Assembly: GCA_017478245.1 (NCBI GenBank)
Contig: JAFVDW010000009.1
Location: forward strand, 970 to 64,969
Length of the DNA: 64,000 bases
Direction: 5' to 3'
DNA from: Lachnospiraceae bacterium
GTDB lineage: Bacteria > Bacillota > Clostridia > Lachnospirales > Lachnospiraceae
Both the position numbers and the translations under genes were made by a program. Below, one piece after another: positions 39,312 to 47,789 of this stretch. The notes under the pieces were generated by a model. The model did not search any database. It was not told the DNA's origin and saw only the letters and a list, made by a program, of their open reading frames with translations. Positions within the stretch are counted from its first letter, which is position 1. Each line of letters begins with the position of its first letter.

Positions 39312-40880
39312 CATAAGCGGCGCCACCAGCTTCATAACGCTTCCTGCCACCTTATAAAATACTTTTTCCTGCTTGATGGTCTCCGGCGTGACCTCCCTGC
39401 ACTTTGAAAGGGTATCCTGGAAATCCGCCTCCATATCACTGATACAGTCTGTCCTATAAAGATAGGTAGCACATTCAAAATGATGATAGAGGCTTCTGTA
39501 ATCTAAGTTGATAGTGCCCACCACGCCCTTGCAATCATCGCTCACAAACACTTTGGCATGTACGAATCCGGGAGTATATTCATACAGCTTGATTCCCGCC
39601 CTTATCAAGGTTTTATAATGGGATTTCGCCAGGGCATAAGCCATCTTTTTATCCGGAATACCCGGCAAAATAATCTTTACATCCACGCCCCGCTCTGCCG
39701 CGTAGGTCAAAGCGCGCTCCAGTTCTCCGTCCAGAATCAGGTAAGGAGTCATGATATGCACATAGTCTGTGGCACGATAGAGGATGTCCATGTATACATT
39801 TTCCCCCACCTTGTCCCCATCTAGTGGACAATCCGCATAAGGCATCACATAACCGCCGGGGTGCTCCACAGAGACAGGCGGCACATGAACGTAACGGTCG
39901 TAGTCAGGCTTGGGCTCACTGATATCCCACATCTGAAGGAACATCAGCGTAAAACTCTTTGCCGCATCACCCCGCACCATCACCGCAGTATCCTTCCAAT
40001 GTCCAAAACGCTCCACGCGATTGATGTATTCATCTGCCATATTGACACCGCCGTTAAACGCCACCTTGCCATCAATCACCAGAATCTTGCGATGGTCACG
40101 ATAGTTGTAGTTGGTAGAAAGAAAAGGAGTGATGGGCGTAAAGGTTTTACATTTTATACCTATCTGCTGCATCCGTCTGGGATAATCATGGGGGAGCAAT
40201 GAGATTTCGCACATCCCGTCGTACATTACCCGAACCTCCACCCCTTGCTTTGCCTTGCGGGCAAGGATTTCCAACACCTTTCCCCACATATAGCCTTCTT
40301 CGACGATGAAGTATTCCATAAAAATATATGCTTCTGCCTTTTCCAGTTCCTCCAACAGAGCCTCAAATTTTTTCTCACCCAGGGGAAAATAGATGACTTC
40401 TGTGTTATCAAATATAGGATAGCAGCCGGAGCGGTTGATGTACCGGCAGAGGTCATCCGTTCCGCTACCATCCTTTTCCAGTTGTTTTAAGACCTCCTCC
40501 GACTGGGTAATCTCATTTCTACTCTCGTCGATGAGCTTCTCAATGCGTCTCGCCACCGCTCTGTGACCAATATCCGTCCGTGTAAAGACCAAAAAGATTG
40601 CACCGGGCACAGGAGCAATGGTCATGATAATCATCCAAGTGAGCTTTCCGGACGGGTCCATGTCACAATTATAAAGATAAATCACCATTGTGACTGTGAA
40701 AATCGTAATCACCACACGAAAGTAGGGGATGTATTCGTTGAACCAGTTGTACACTGATACCAGAATCACCACCTGCAGCGCCATCAATGCCAGAATTACC
40801 AGCAGTCTGCTGAAAATGATATGAAGGATTCCTTTGCGTTTGGGCTTAGCCAGCCTCATAATTTCGTTCGTATCACTCAT
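39309..40880 (-). CDS. cls: Cardiolipin synthase
   Basis: Two HKD motifs (HRKILVID, HAKVFVSD), N-terminal TMs/PLDc_N. Confidence 0.93.
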   Translation of the reverse strand: MSDTNEIMRLAKPKRKGILHIIFSRLLVILALMALQVVILVSVYNWFNEYIPYFRVVITIFTVTMVIYLYNCDMDPSGKLTWMIIMTIAPVPGAIFLVFTRTDIGHRAVARRIEKLIDESRNEITQSEEVLKQLEKDGSGTDDLCRYINRSGCYPIFDNTEVIYFPLGEKKFEALLEELEKAEAYIFMEYFIVEEGYMWGKVLEILARKAKQGVEVRVMYDGMCEISLLPHDYPRRMQQIGIKCKTFTPITPFLSTNYNYRDHRKILVIDGKVAFNGGVNMADEYINRVERFGHWKDTAVMVRGDAAKSFTLMFLQMWDISEPKPDYDRYVHVPPVSVEHPGGYVMPYADCPLDGDKVGENVYMDILYRATDYVHIMTPYLILDGELERALTYAAERGVDVKIILPGIPDKKMAYALAKSHYKTLIRAGIKLYEYTPGFVHAKVFVSDDCKGVVGTINLDYRSLYHHFECATYLYRTDCISDMEADFQDTLSKCREVTPETIKQEKVFYKVAGSVMKLVAPLM

Positions 40881-42048
40881 GATTCTCTCCGTCCTTAACT
40901 CGTGTTAAAATATCGTTCTTCTGTACCACCGTCTTCCAGAAACGAAAAAGCATCCCCAATACCACCAGGGCAAACACCAGCGTAATCGCAATGTTCACAT
41001 ACATTTGACGATAGAAAATACCCATCAATGCAACAAAAGCAACGGCGAGCGACACAAGAATAGTCACATATTTCTTATTCAACCGCATCCGCTCCTTGGC
41101 ATATCGCTCCGTCAGGAAGAGACACACATAATATAAGAGGAAAGAGCCTATCAGAAAAGCACTCTTTTTCACCAAATCCACCTCTTCCTCCCGCATGAAC
41201 TCCAAAGCAGTGGTGATATTATTCAGTGCAAGAATCAAAAATACATGAATCAACATGTATCCGGTTGCGTTTGTAGATTGCTCTCTGTCGATCAGATGAT
41301 CATAGATTACACCATAGCTTAAGAACAGCGCTGTCACAATCAAAAAAGCCATCAACGAAAAATAAATCGTATTAAAGCCGAATCCACCCTCAAAATAAGA
41401 TGCAATACCTATAATCATTTCACCAAAGGTAAACACCACATAGAGCATGGCACGCTCAGTCAGGTGCATGAAATCAACCGGTACCAGTTGATTGACTTTT
41501 CCCGAAAGAGCGGTAGCTACAATACCAAACACCATTCCCAGGGGTGAAAAGGGAAGCTTTGTCAGGGCATAAAGCGGAAGTGACAAAAAGATTATGCCCG
41601 CCTCTGTGAGCAGAATCCACATACTATTCTTTATCTGTGCCATTTCCCAAGGTGCTTCCTTAGATTTTTGGCGCATCTTCAGATAATGCTGCACCGCCAG
41701 ATTCACCAGAATCAGTCCCCACGCCACATTGTAACGATAATAATACTCCTGCCAATGTACCCTCGTCCCATCCGCCATGTAATACAGCAGATACATATTG
41801 ATGAAGACACACACATGCTCCGCCAGTCCGTTGGAGCCATATCGATTGATATAGAGAGTCGTAAAATTCCATATCTGAATAATCACCAATGTACATAGAA
41901 TATAGGTAATAAACAAATCCATACTGATAAACCCATTCTCCACATGATGAATCAGGGAGCTATTGCGACCGATCAGATAGACAAAAATCAAATCGTATAT
42001 CAACTCCAGATATTCAACTTTCTTTTCTTCCACATTATTTGTAAACAT
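40873..42048 (-). CDS. ltrA: Low temperature requirement protein A family membrane protein
   Basis: KKVEYLELIYDLIFV, HLTER...FTFGE. Confidence 0.8.
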   Translation of the reverse strand: MFTNNVEEKKVEYLELIYDLIFVYLIGRNSSLIHHVENGFISMDLFITYILCTLVIIQIWNFTTLYINRYGSNGLAEHVCVFINMYLLYYMADGTRVHWQEYYYRYNVAWGLILVNLAVQHYLKMRQKSKEAPWEMAQIKNSMWILLTEAGIIFLSLPLYALTKLPFSPLGMVFGIVATALSGKVNQLVPVDFMHLTERAMLYVVFTFGEMIIGIASYFEGGFGFNTIYFSLMAFLIVTALFLSYGVIYDHLIDREQSTNATGYMLIHVFLILALNNITTALEFMREEEVDLVKKSAFLIGSFLLYYVCLFLTERYAKERMRLNKKYVTILVSLAVAFVALMGIFYRQMYVNIAITLVFALVVLGMLFRFWKTVVQKNDILTRVKDGENHE

Positions 42049-42165
42049 TTTCTCACACCCTGTAAATTATATACTCAAGCAATTTTGTTTGCTTTTTATT
42101 TTACAATGATGTCACCCGGAAAACAAGATGTAAAAGATCTGTGATAATTTATTTTAAAAAAATAC

Positions 42166-42194
42166 TTGACAAACAGAATTTGTAAGAGTATGAT
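42166..42194 (+). promoter_or_regulatory. sigma-A promoter of sulfur amino-acid uptake operon
   Basis: TTGACA-N17-TATGAT. Confidence 0.82.
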
Positions 42195-42201
42195 ACGACT
42201 T

Positions 42202-42222
42202 ATCCCAGTAAACAAGTAGGAA
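42202..42222. promoter_or_regulatory. Rrf2 (CymR/IscR)-like operator 1
   Basis: ATCCCAG-N7-GTAGGAA at the transcription start; matches operator 2 at 11/14 arm positions. Confidence 0.55.
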
Positions 42223-42282
42223 TACAGTAGTTTGTCCAACGGTTTGCTTGGAAAATTAATTTTGTTTTAGGAGGAGAATATT

Positions 42283-43977
42283 ATGAAGAAAGGATTTTGG
42301 AAGAAATGAACTGCAGTTACAGCCAGTCTGACATTGGCAGGAGCGCTTCTTGCAGGCTGCGGTTCCAATGCGGACAGCAATAATCAGACAGCAGAAGTAT
42401 CCAACGAGGCAACAGGCAGCGCAGGTTTCCGTACCTTGGATGAAATCAAGGAAAGCGGAACCGTGAACATCGGTGTGTTCTCTGACAAGAGCCCCTTTGG
42501 CTATGTAGATGAAAATGGCGACTATCAGGGCTATGATGTATACTTCGGAAACCGCATCGGCAAGGATCTTGGGGTAGACATCAACTATGTATCTACGGAA
42601 GCAGCCAGCAGAGTAGAATATCTGGAGACCGGCAAGGTTGATATTATCCTTGCAAACTTCACAGTGACCGAGGAGCGTGCTGAAAAAGTAGATTTCGCAC
42701 TTCCCTATATGAACGTAGCATTGGGTGTTGTCTCCCATGATGACAATGTAATCACTGATTTGGATACATTCCCTGAGGATGAGCAGATTATCGTCATCTC
42801 CGGAACCACCGCAGAGACTTACCTGGAGAAGAACTACTCCAACATCAAGCTGCAGAAGTATGACGCTTATGCAGAGGCAAAGACCGCTTTCGAGAACAAG
42901 AACGGTATTGCCTGGGCAAATGATAACACCGAAGTAATTGCTTTCTCTCTTGAGAATGAGGGCTACACGGTAGGTATTCCTTCCCTGGGAAGCGCAGATA
43001 CCATCGCACCCGCTGTGACAAAGGGTAACACCACTTTGCTTGACTGGCTCAATGATGAGATTAAGGCACTGGGCGACGAAAACTTCTTCCATGCTGATTA
43101 CGAAGCAACTCTGTTAGACACTTACGGCAAGGACTATGAAAATACTCTGGTTGTAGAGGGCGGTGTAGTTGCGGCTGCAACAGAGGCAACTGAAACGGAT
43201 ACAGAAGCTGATACCGAGGAGACCACAGCAGAAGTGGAGGCAAAGGGTACTATCACCAATGCAGCATCTCCCACTCCTCACGCAGAGATTTTAGCTAAAG
43301 CAGGCGAGCTTTTGCAGGCAGAGGGCTGGACTCTGGACGTGAAAGAATTTGAGGACTATGTACAGCCCAATCTGGTAGTGGAAAGCGGCGACATTGATGC
43401 CAACTATTTCCAGCATGTTCCTTATTTAGATAACTTCAATAAAGAAAACGGTACACATATTGTAAATGCAGGCGGTATCCACTATGAGCCCTTTGGTCTC
43501 TATCCCGGAACCAAGTCTGATTTGTCCGAGCTATCTGAGGGCGATGTGATTGCAGTTCCCAACGACACCACCAATGAGGCAAGAGCACTTTTGCTTCTGG
43601 AGGCTAATGGAGTCATTACCTTGAAAGAGGGTGTAGGTCTGACTGCAACTGTAAAGGATATTGAGGAGAATCCCTTAAACGTACAGATTCAGGAGCTTGA
43701 GGCAGCTCAGGTACCCAGAGTCATTGACGAGGTATCCTTTGTAGTCCTGAACGGCAACTACGCTCTGGAGGCAGGCTTCTCCGTAGCAAAGGATGCAGTA
43801 GCTTACGAGAAGAGCGATTCCGAGGCTGCTAAGACCTATGTAAACATCATCGGTGTTAAGGAAGGCCGTGAAAACGAGGACGGCATCCAGGCACTTGTAA
43901 AGATACTGAAATCCGATGAGATCAAAGCATTCATCAATGAAACCTATGATGGTGCAGTCGTTCCCTTCGAGGACTAA
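42283..43977 (+). pseudogene. Fused substrate-binding lipoprotein (Cys/polar amino-acid SBP plus MetQ/NlpA) with in-frame TGA at codon 9 (42307-42309)
   Basis: AGGAGGAG RBS then MKKGFWKK*TAVTASLTLAGALLAGC lipobox; domain 1 IGVFSDKSPFGY...DIILANFT; domain 2 ASPTPHAEIL, DANYFQHVPYL, AVPNDTTNEARAL. Confidence 0.85.
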
Positions 43978-43985
43978 AAAAGACT

Positions 43986-44013
43986 TTGCAAAGCACAGAA
44001 ATTGTGTTATCAT
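43986..44013 (+). promoter_or_regulatory. Internal sigma-A promoter upstream of metN
   Basis: TTGCAA-N16-TATCAT with TG extension. Confidence 0.5.
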
Positions 44014-44034
44014 TTCCTAGTGATTCTCTAGGAA
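44014..44034. promoter_or_regulatory. Rrf2 (CymR/IscR)-like operator 2
   Basis: Perfect palindrome TTCCTAG-N7-CTAGGAA directly after the -10. Confidence 0.6.
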
Positions 44035-44040
44035 CAATGG

Positions 44041-44077
44041 TTTGGAGGCAATGTTCAGACAGAGCACTGCCTCCAAA
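44041..44077 (+). terminator. Hairpin between SBP gene and metN
   Basis: TTTGGAGGCA...TGCCTCCAAA stem followed by TTGTATT. Confidence 0.55.
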
Positions 44078-44162
44078 TTGTATTCGTTAAGAATACTCGT
44101 GACAAGGGACATAACCATGTATAGATAAAACACAACGTCGTTCAAATGAAAGGAAGAGAACC

Positions 44163-44966
44163 ATGAGCAACGACAACAATCATAACAAAATCATTCGCGT
44201 AGAGAACCTGACCAAAACCTTTGAATCCAAAAAGGATTCCCTGCACGCCCTAAAAGATGTCTCTTTCTCTATTGAAAAAGGAGATATCTACGGCATCATC
44301 GGTCTGTCCGGTGCAGGCAAAAGCACCTTGGTTCGCTGTCTCAACCTATTGGAAAAACCCACCTCCGGCAAGGTCATTGTCAAAGACAAGGATTTGTTGG
44401 CACTCTCCAAGGAAGAGCTTCGGCTGGAACGCCAAAAGATCGGCATGATCTTCCAGCATTTTAACCTGTTGGCTCAGAGAACCGTGTTGGACAATATCTG
44501 CCTTCCGCTGGAGATTCGCGGAATTCCCAAAAAGGAACGACAGGCAAAAGCCATGGAGCTGCTGAAAAGTGTAGGACTGGAAAGTAAATCCGGTGCCTAT
44601 CCGTCTCAGCTATCCGGCGGTCAACAGCAACGTGTAGCCATCGCCAGAGTCCTGGCAAATGAGCCGGATATTCTGTTATGCGATGAGGCTACCAGTGCAC
44701 TGGACCCCCAGACCACCAAGACCATTCTGGATTTGTTGCTAGATATTAACAGGCAGTTAGGAATCACCATTGTTGTGATTACCCATGAGATGCGTGTGGT
44801 GAAAGAAATCTGCAAACATGTAGCTGTACTGGATGAAGGAATCCTGCAAGAAACGGGCACAGTTTCTGAAGTCTTTACCAATCCCCGCACCCATGCTGCC
44901 AAGCGTCTGATCTATATGGGATTAAGCGAGGAAACCGAGGAGGAGGTAGCAAAGCATGTGGGATAA
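44163..44966 (+). CDS. metN: Methionine ABC transporter ATPase (short, no NIL domain)
   Basis: GLSGAGKST, LSGGQQQR, LLCDEATSALDP; ends about 25 aa after the ABC core. Confidence 0.85.
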   Translation: MSNDNNHNKIIRVENLTKTFESKKDSLHALKDVSFSIEKGDIYGIIGLSGAGKSTLVRCLNLLEKPTSGKVIVKDKDLLALSKEELRLERQKIGMIFQHFNLLAQRTVLDNICLPLEIRGIPKKERQAKAMELLKSVGLESKSGAYPSQLSGGQQQRVAIARVLANEPDILLCDEATSALDPQTTKTILDLLLDINRQLGITIVVITHEMRVVKEICKHVAVLDEGILQETGTVSEVFTNPRTHAAKRLIYMGLSEETEEEVAKHVG

Positions 44967-45618
44967 AGCTATGATAGACATGTTGCTTGAGGGTATCAAG
45001 GACACCCTTTATATGACACTGCTTTCCACCTTTTTCGGATATGTGTTAGGTCTTCCTCTAGGGATAGCTCTGGCTGTCACCGATAAAGAGGGGATTCAAC
45101 CCAACGCAGTAATATATCGGATTCTTGATTTTATCGTGAATATTGTGCGCAGCATTCCTTTTTTGATCCTGCTGATTCTCGTGATTCCTCTGACGCGCGC
45201 ATTGGTGGGCAAAAGCTATGGTCCTACGGCTACCATTGTACCGTTGACACTGGCTGCAGCTCCCTTTATCGGACGCATGGTGGAATCCTCCTTGAAGGAG
45301 GTAGATCACGGTGTCATTGAAGCTGCCATCAGTATGGGTGCCAGAACCCGCACCATCATTACCAAGGTCTTGATCGGTGAGTCCAGAACTTCGCTGTTAG
45401 TAGGAGTAACCATCGTGTTGGGAACGGTGCTTGGGTATTCCGCAATGGCAGGTGTAGTCGGCGGCGGCGGACTGGGAGATATTGCAATCCGCTACGGATA
45501 TTATCGTTATGAGACAGAGGTCATGATTGTAACATTGGTGATTATCGTAGTGTTGGTGCAGCTATTACAATGGTTGGGCATGCTGCTGTCCCGCAAGCTG
45601 GATCATCGCAAAAAATAG
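44956..45618 (+). CDS. metI: Methionine ABC transporter permease
   Basis: RSIPFLIL, EVDHGVIEAA.SMGA, GGGGLGDIAIRYGY. Confidence 0.9.
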   Translation: MWDKAMIDMLLEGIKDTLYMTLLSTFFGYVLGLPLGIALAVTDKEGIQPNAVIYRILDFIVNIVRSIPFLILLILVIPLTRALVGKSYGPTATIVPLTLAAAPFIGRMVESSLKEVDHGVIEAAISMGARTRTIITKVLIGESRTSLLVGVTIVLGTVLGYSAMAGVVGGGGLGDIAIRYGYYRYETEVMIVTLVIIVVLVQLLQWLGMLLSRKLDHRKK

Positions 45619-45657
45619 TAAATAAATGTTTGAAATATTAATTGAAGGTGAAATAAT

Positions 45658-46317
45658 TTGGACTGGACTGCAATAAAAGAATACTTACCTTTATATAGGG
45701 AGGCTTTGCTTCTGACTATGAAAATCGGATGGATTGGCATATTACTTGCCTTTCTGTTGGGTTTGTTATGTGCTGCCATACTGCATTTCCACACACCAAT
45801 TTTGCGGGGCATTGTAAAAATATATATAGAATTATTTCGCAATACACCCCTGTTGGTACAGCTTTTTTTCATTTATTTTGGTTTGCCGAAGATCGGTGTG
45901 CGAATCACAGCCCAAACCTGCGGCATCTTAGGGTTGGGACTGTTAGGCGGTGCCTACATGGCTGAAACCTTCCGAAGCGGCTTGGAATCGGTGGAAAAGA
46001 TACAGACAGAAAGTGCCTTAAGCCTTGGCATGAGCCCTCTACAGACCTTTCGGTATGTAATTCAGCCACAAGCTGTTGCTCTAAGTGTACCCGGATTTAT
46101 GGCGAATGTAATCTTTTTGTTGAAAGAGACCAGTGTTTTCTCAGCCATCAGTCTGATGGATCTGATGTTCACTGCCAAAGATTTGATCGGTCTCTATTAT
46201 AAGACCACGGAATGTCTCTTTTTGTTAGTCATTTTCTACCTCATTATGCTTTTGCCGGTATCCCTCCTCGGCAGTGTAGTAGAAAGGAGGATGCGTCATG
46301 CAGGATTTGGGGATTGA
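45658..46317 (+). CDS. Polar amino-acid ABC permease (HisMQ family)
   Basis: FRNTPLLVQLFFIYFGLP, AETFRSGL, Q.ESA.SLG; TTG start. Confidence 0.9.
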   Translation: MDWTAIKEYLPLYREALLLTMKIGWIGILLAFLLGLLCAAILHFHTPILRGIVKIYIELFRNTPLLVQLFFIYFGLPKIGVRITAQTCGILGLGLLGGAYMAETFRSGLESVEKIQTESALSLGMSPLQTFRYVIQPQAVALSVPGFMANVIFLLKETSVFSAISLMDLMFTAKDLIGLYYKTTECLFLLVIFYLIMLLPVSLLGSVVERRMRHAGFGD

Positions 46318-46972
46318 CCTGCTCTTTAAGGGCAGTAATTTTCTGCGGCTTTTGAACGGTTTGTGGGTGGCTCTCCGTATCAGTCTGATTTCTGTGGTAA
46401 TCAGTATCGGGCTGGGACTTCTGGTAGGTGCTCTCATGACCCTGCAGAACAAGGTACTAAAGGTCATCATGCGCATATATTTGGAAATCGTGCGTATCAT
46501 GCCTCAGATGGTACTTTTATTCATTGTATTTTTCGGTTCTACCAGAGTATTCGGCTGGAACATCTCTGCGGAGATTTCCTCCATCATCGTATTTACCTTC
46601 TGGGGTACTGCCGAGATGGGCGATCTGGTGCGCGGTGCACTGATCAGTATCCCCAGACACCAATATGAAAGCGCACAGGCTTTGGGATTATCCACCGTCC
46701 AGACCTATGTGCATATTATTATTCCACAGACCATACGACGCCTGATTCCACTATCCATCAATCTGATTACTCGTATGATTAAAACCACCTCACTGGTTAT
46801 GATGATCGGCATTGTAGAGGTATTGAAGGTAGGTCAGCAGATTATTGAAGCAAACCGAAGAACCTCTCCCAATGCGGCTTTTGGTATTTTTGCCACCGTA
46901 TTTTTCCTATATTTTATTGTGTGCTGGCCTATCAGTAAGCTGGCGGGCTTTCTGGAAAAAAAGTGGAGTTAG
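46298..46972 (+). CDS. Polar amino-acid ABC permease (HisMQ family)
   Basis: AEMGDLVRGAL, QYESAQALG, IKTTSL. Confidence 0.9.
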   Translation: MQDLGIDLLFKGSNFLRLLNGLWVALRISLISVVISIGLGLLVGALMTLQNKVLKVIMRIYLEIVRIMPQMVLLFIVFFGSTRVFGWNISAEISSIIVFTFWGTAEMGDLVRGALISIPRHQYESAQALGLSTVQTYVHIIIPQTIRRLIPLSINLITRMIKTTSLVMMIGIVEVLKVGQQIIEANRRTSPNAAFGIFATVFFLYFIVCWPISKLAGFLEKKWS

Positions 46973-47036
46973 AACTAAATTCATTATTACAATTCATCAC
47001 AAATCAAATGGTACATAGAAAGGCTTGGATGTTATC

Positions 47037-47783
47037 ATGGACGAAAAAGAACTGTTACGTTTAGAGCATTTACATAAAGAATTTGGCGGCAATGTTGTGT
47101 TAAAAGACTTTGACCTGTCTGTAAAAAAGGGAGAAGTCATTGTCATCATAGGTCCCTCCGGCTGCGGAAAAAGTACCCTGCTGCGTTGCATAAACGGTCT
47201 GGAGGCGGTTCAGAGTGGCAAGATCACCTTCGAAGGAGCTCCTGTAGAAAAGAACAGTAAGAATATTTCCCAGATCCGTCAGAAGATTGGCATGGTATTC
47301 CAAAGCTATGATCTGTTCCCTCATAAGACGGTTCTCCAAAATATCATCCTTGCTCCCTGCAAGGTGCAGAAGCGCAAAAAGGAAGAAGTAGAACAGGAAG
47401 CATTGCAGCTACTGGAACGCGTAGGTTTAAACGATAAAAAGGATGCTTTTCCCCGCGAACTCTCCGGCGGTCAGAAGCAGCGTGTAGCCATTGTCCGTGC
47501 TCTTTGCATGCATCCTGATATCCTACTGTTTGACGAGGTGACTGCTGCTCTTGACCCGGAAATGGTGCGAGAGGTATTGGACACCATGCTGGAGCTGGCG
47601 AAACAGGGAAGCACCATGTTGATTGTTACACATGAAATGTCTTTTGCAAGGGCTGTAGCTGATCGTATTCTGTTTTTGGATGGGGGTGAATTGGTGGAAG
47701 AAAGTAATTCACCGAAAGACTTTTTCGACCATCCCAAAACAGAAAGAGCTCAAAAATTTTTACAGACCTTTGAATATGAGTAA
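47037..47783 (+). CDS. Polar amino-acid ABC ATPase (GlnQ family)
   Basis: GPSGCGKST, LSGGQKQR, FDEVTAALDPE. Confidence 0.92.
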   Translation: MDEKELLRLEHLHKEFGGNVVLKDFDLSVKKGEVIVIIGPSGCGKSTLLRCINGLEAVQSGKITFEGAPVEKNSKNISQIRQKIGMVFQSYDLFPHKTVLQNIILAPCKVQKRKKEEVEQEALQLLERVGLNDKKDAFPRELSGGQKQRVAIVRALCMHPDILLFDEVTAALDPEMVREVLDTMLELAKQGSTMLIVTHEMSFARAVADRILFLDGGELVEESNSPKDFFDHPKTERAQKFLQTFEYE

Positions 47784-47789
47784 TCATCT

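Noticed and set aside
42195-42282. SAM or T-box riboswitch expected before Met/Cys transport genes
   Set aside because: The leader is only ~85 nt and lacks the S-box core and the T-box/antiterminator.
23304-42309. Pyrrolysine or selenocysteine recoding of the TAG and TGA
   Set aside because: The positions correspond to non-catalytic hydrophobic residues, no SECIS-like stem or pyl/sel genes are seen, and both codons end other genes normally.
42256-43092. 278-aa minus-strand ORF
   Set aside because: Shadow of the SBP gene; no independent evidence of coding.
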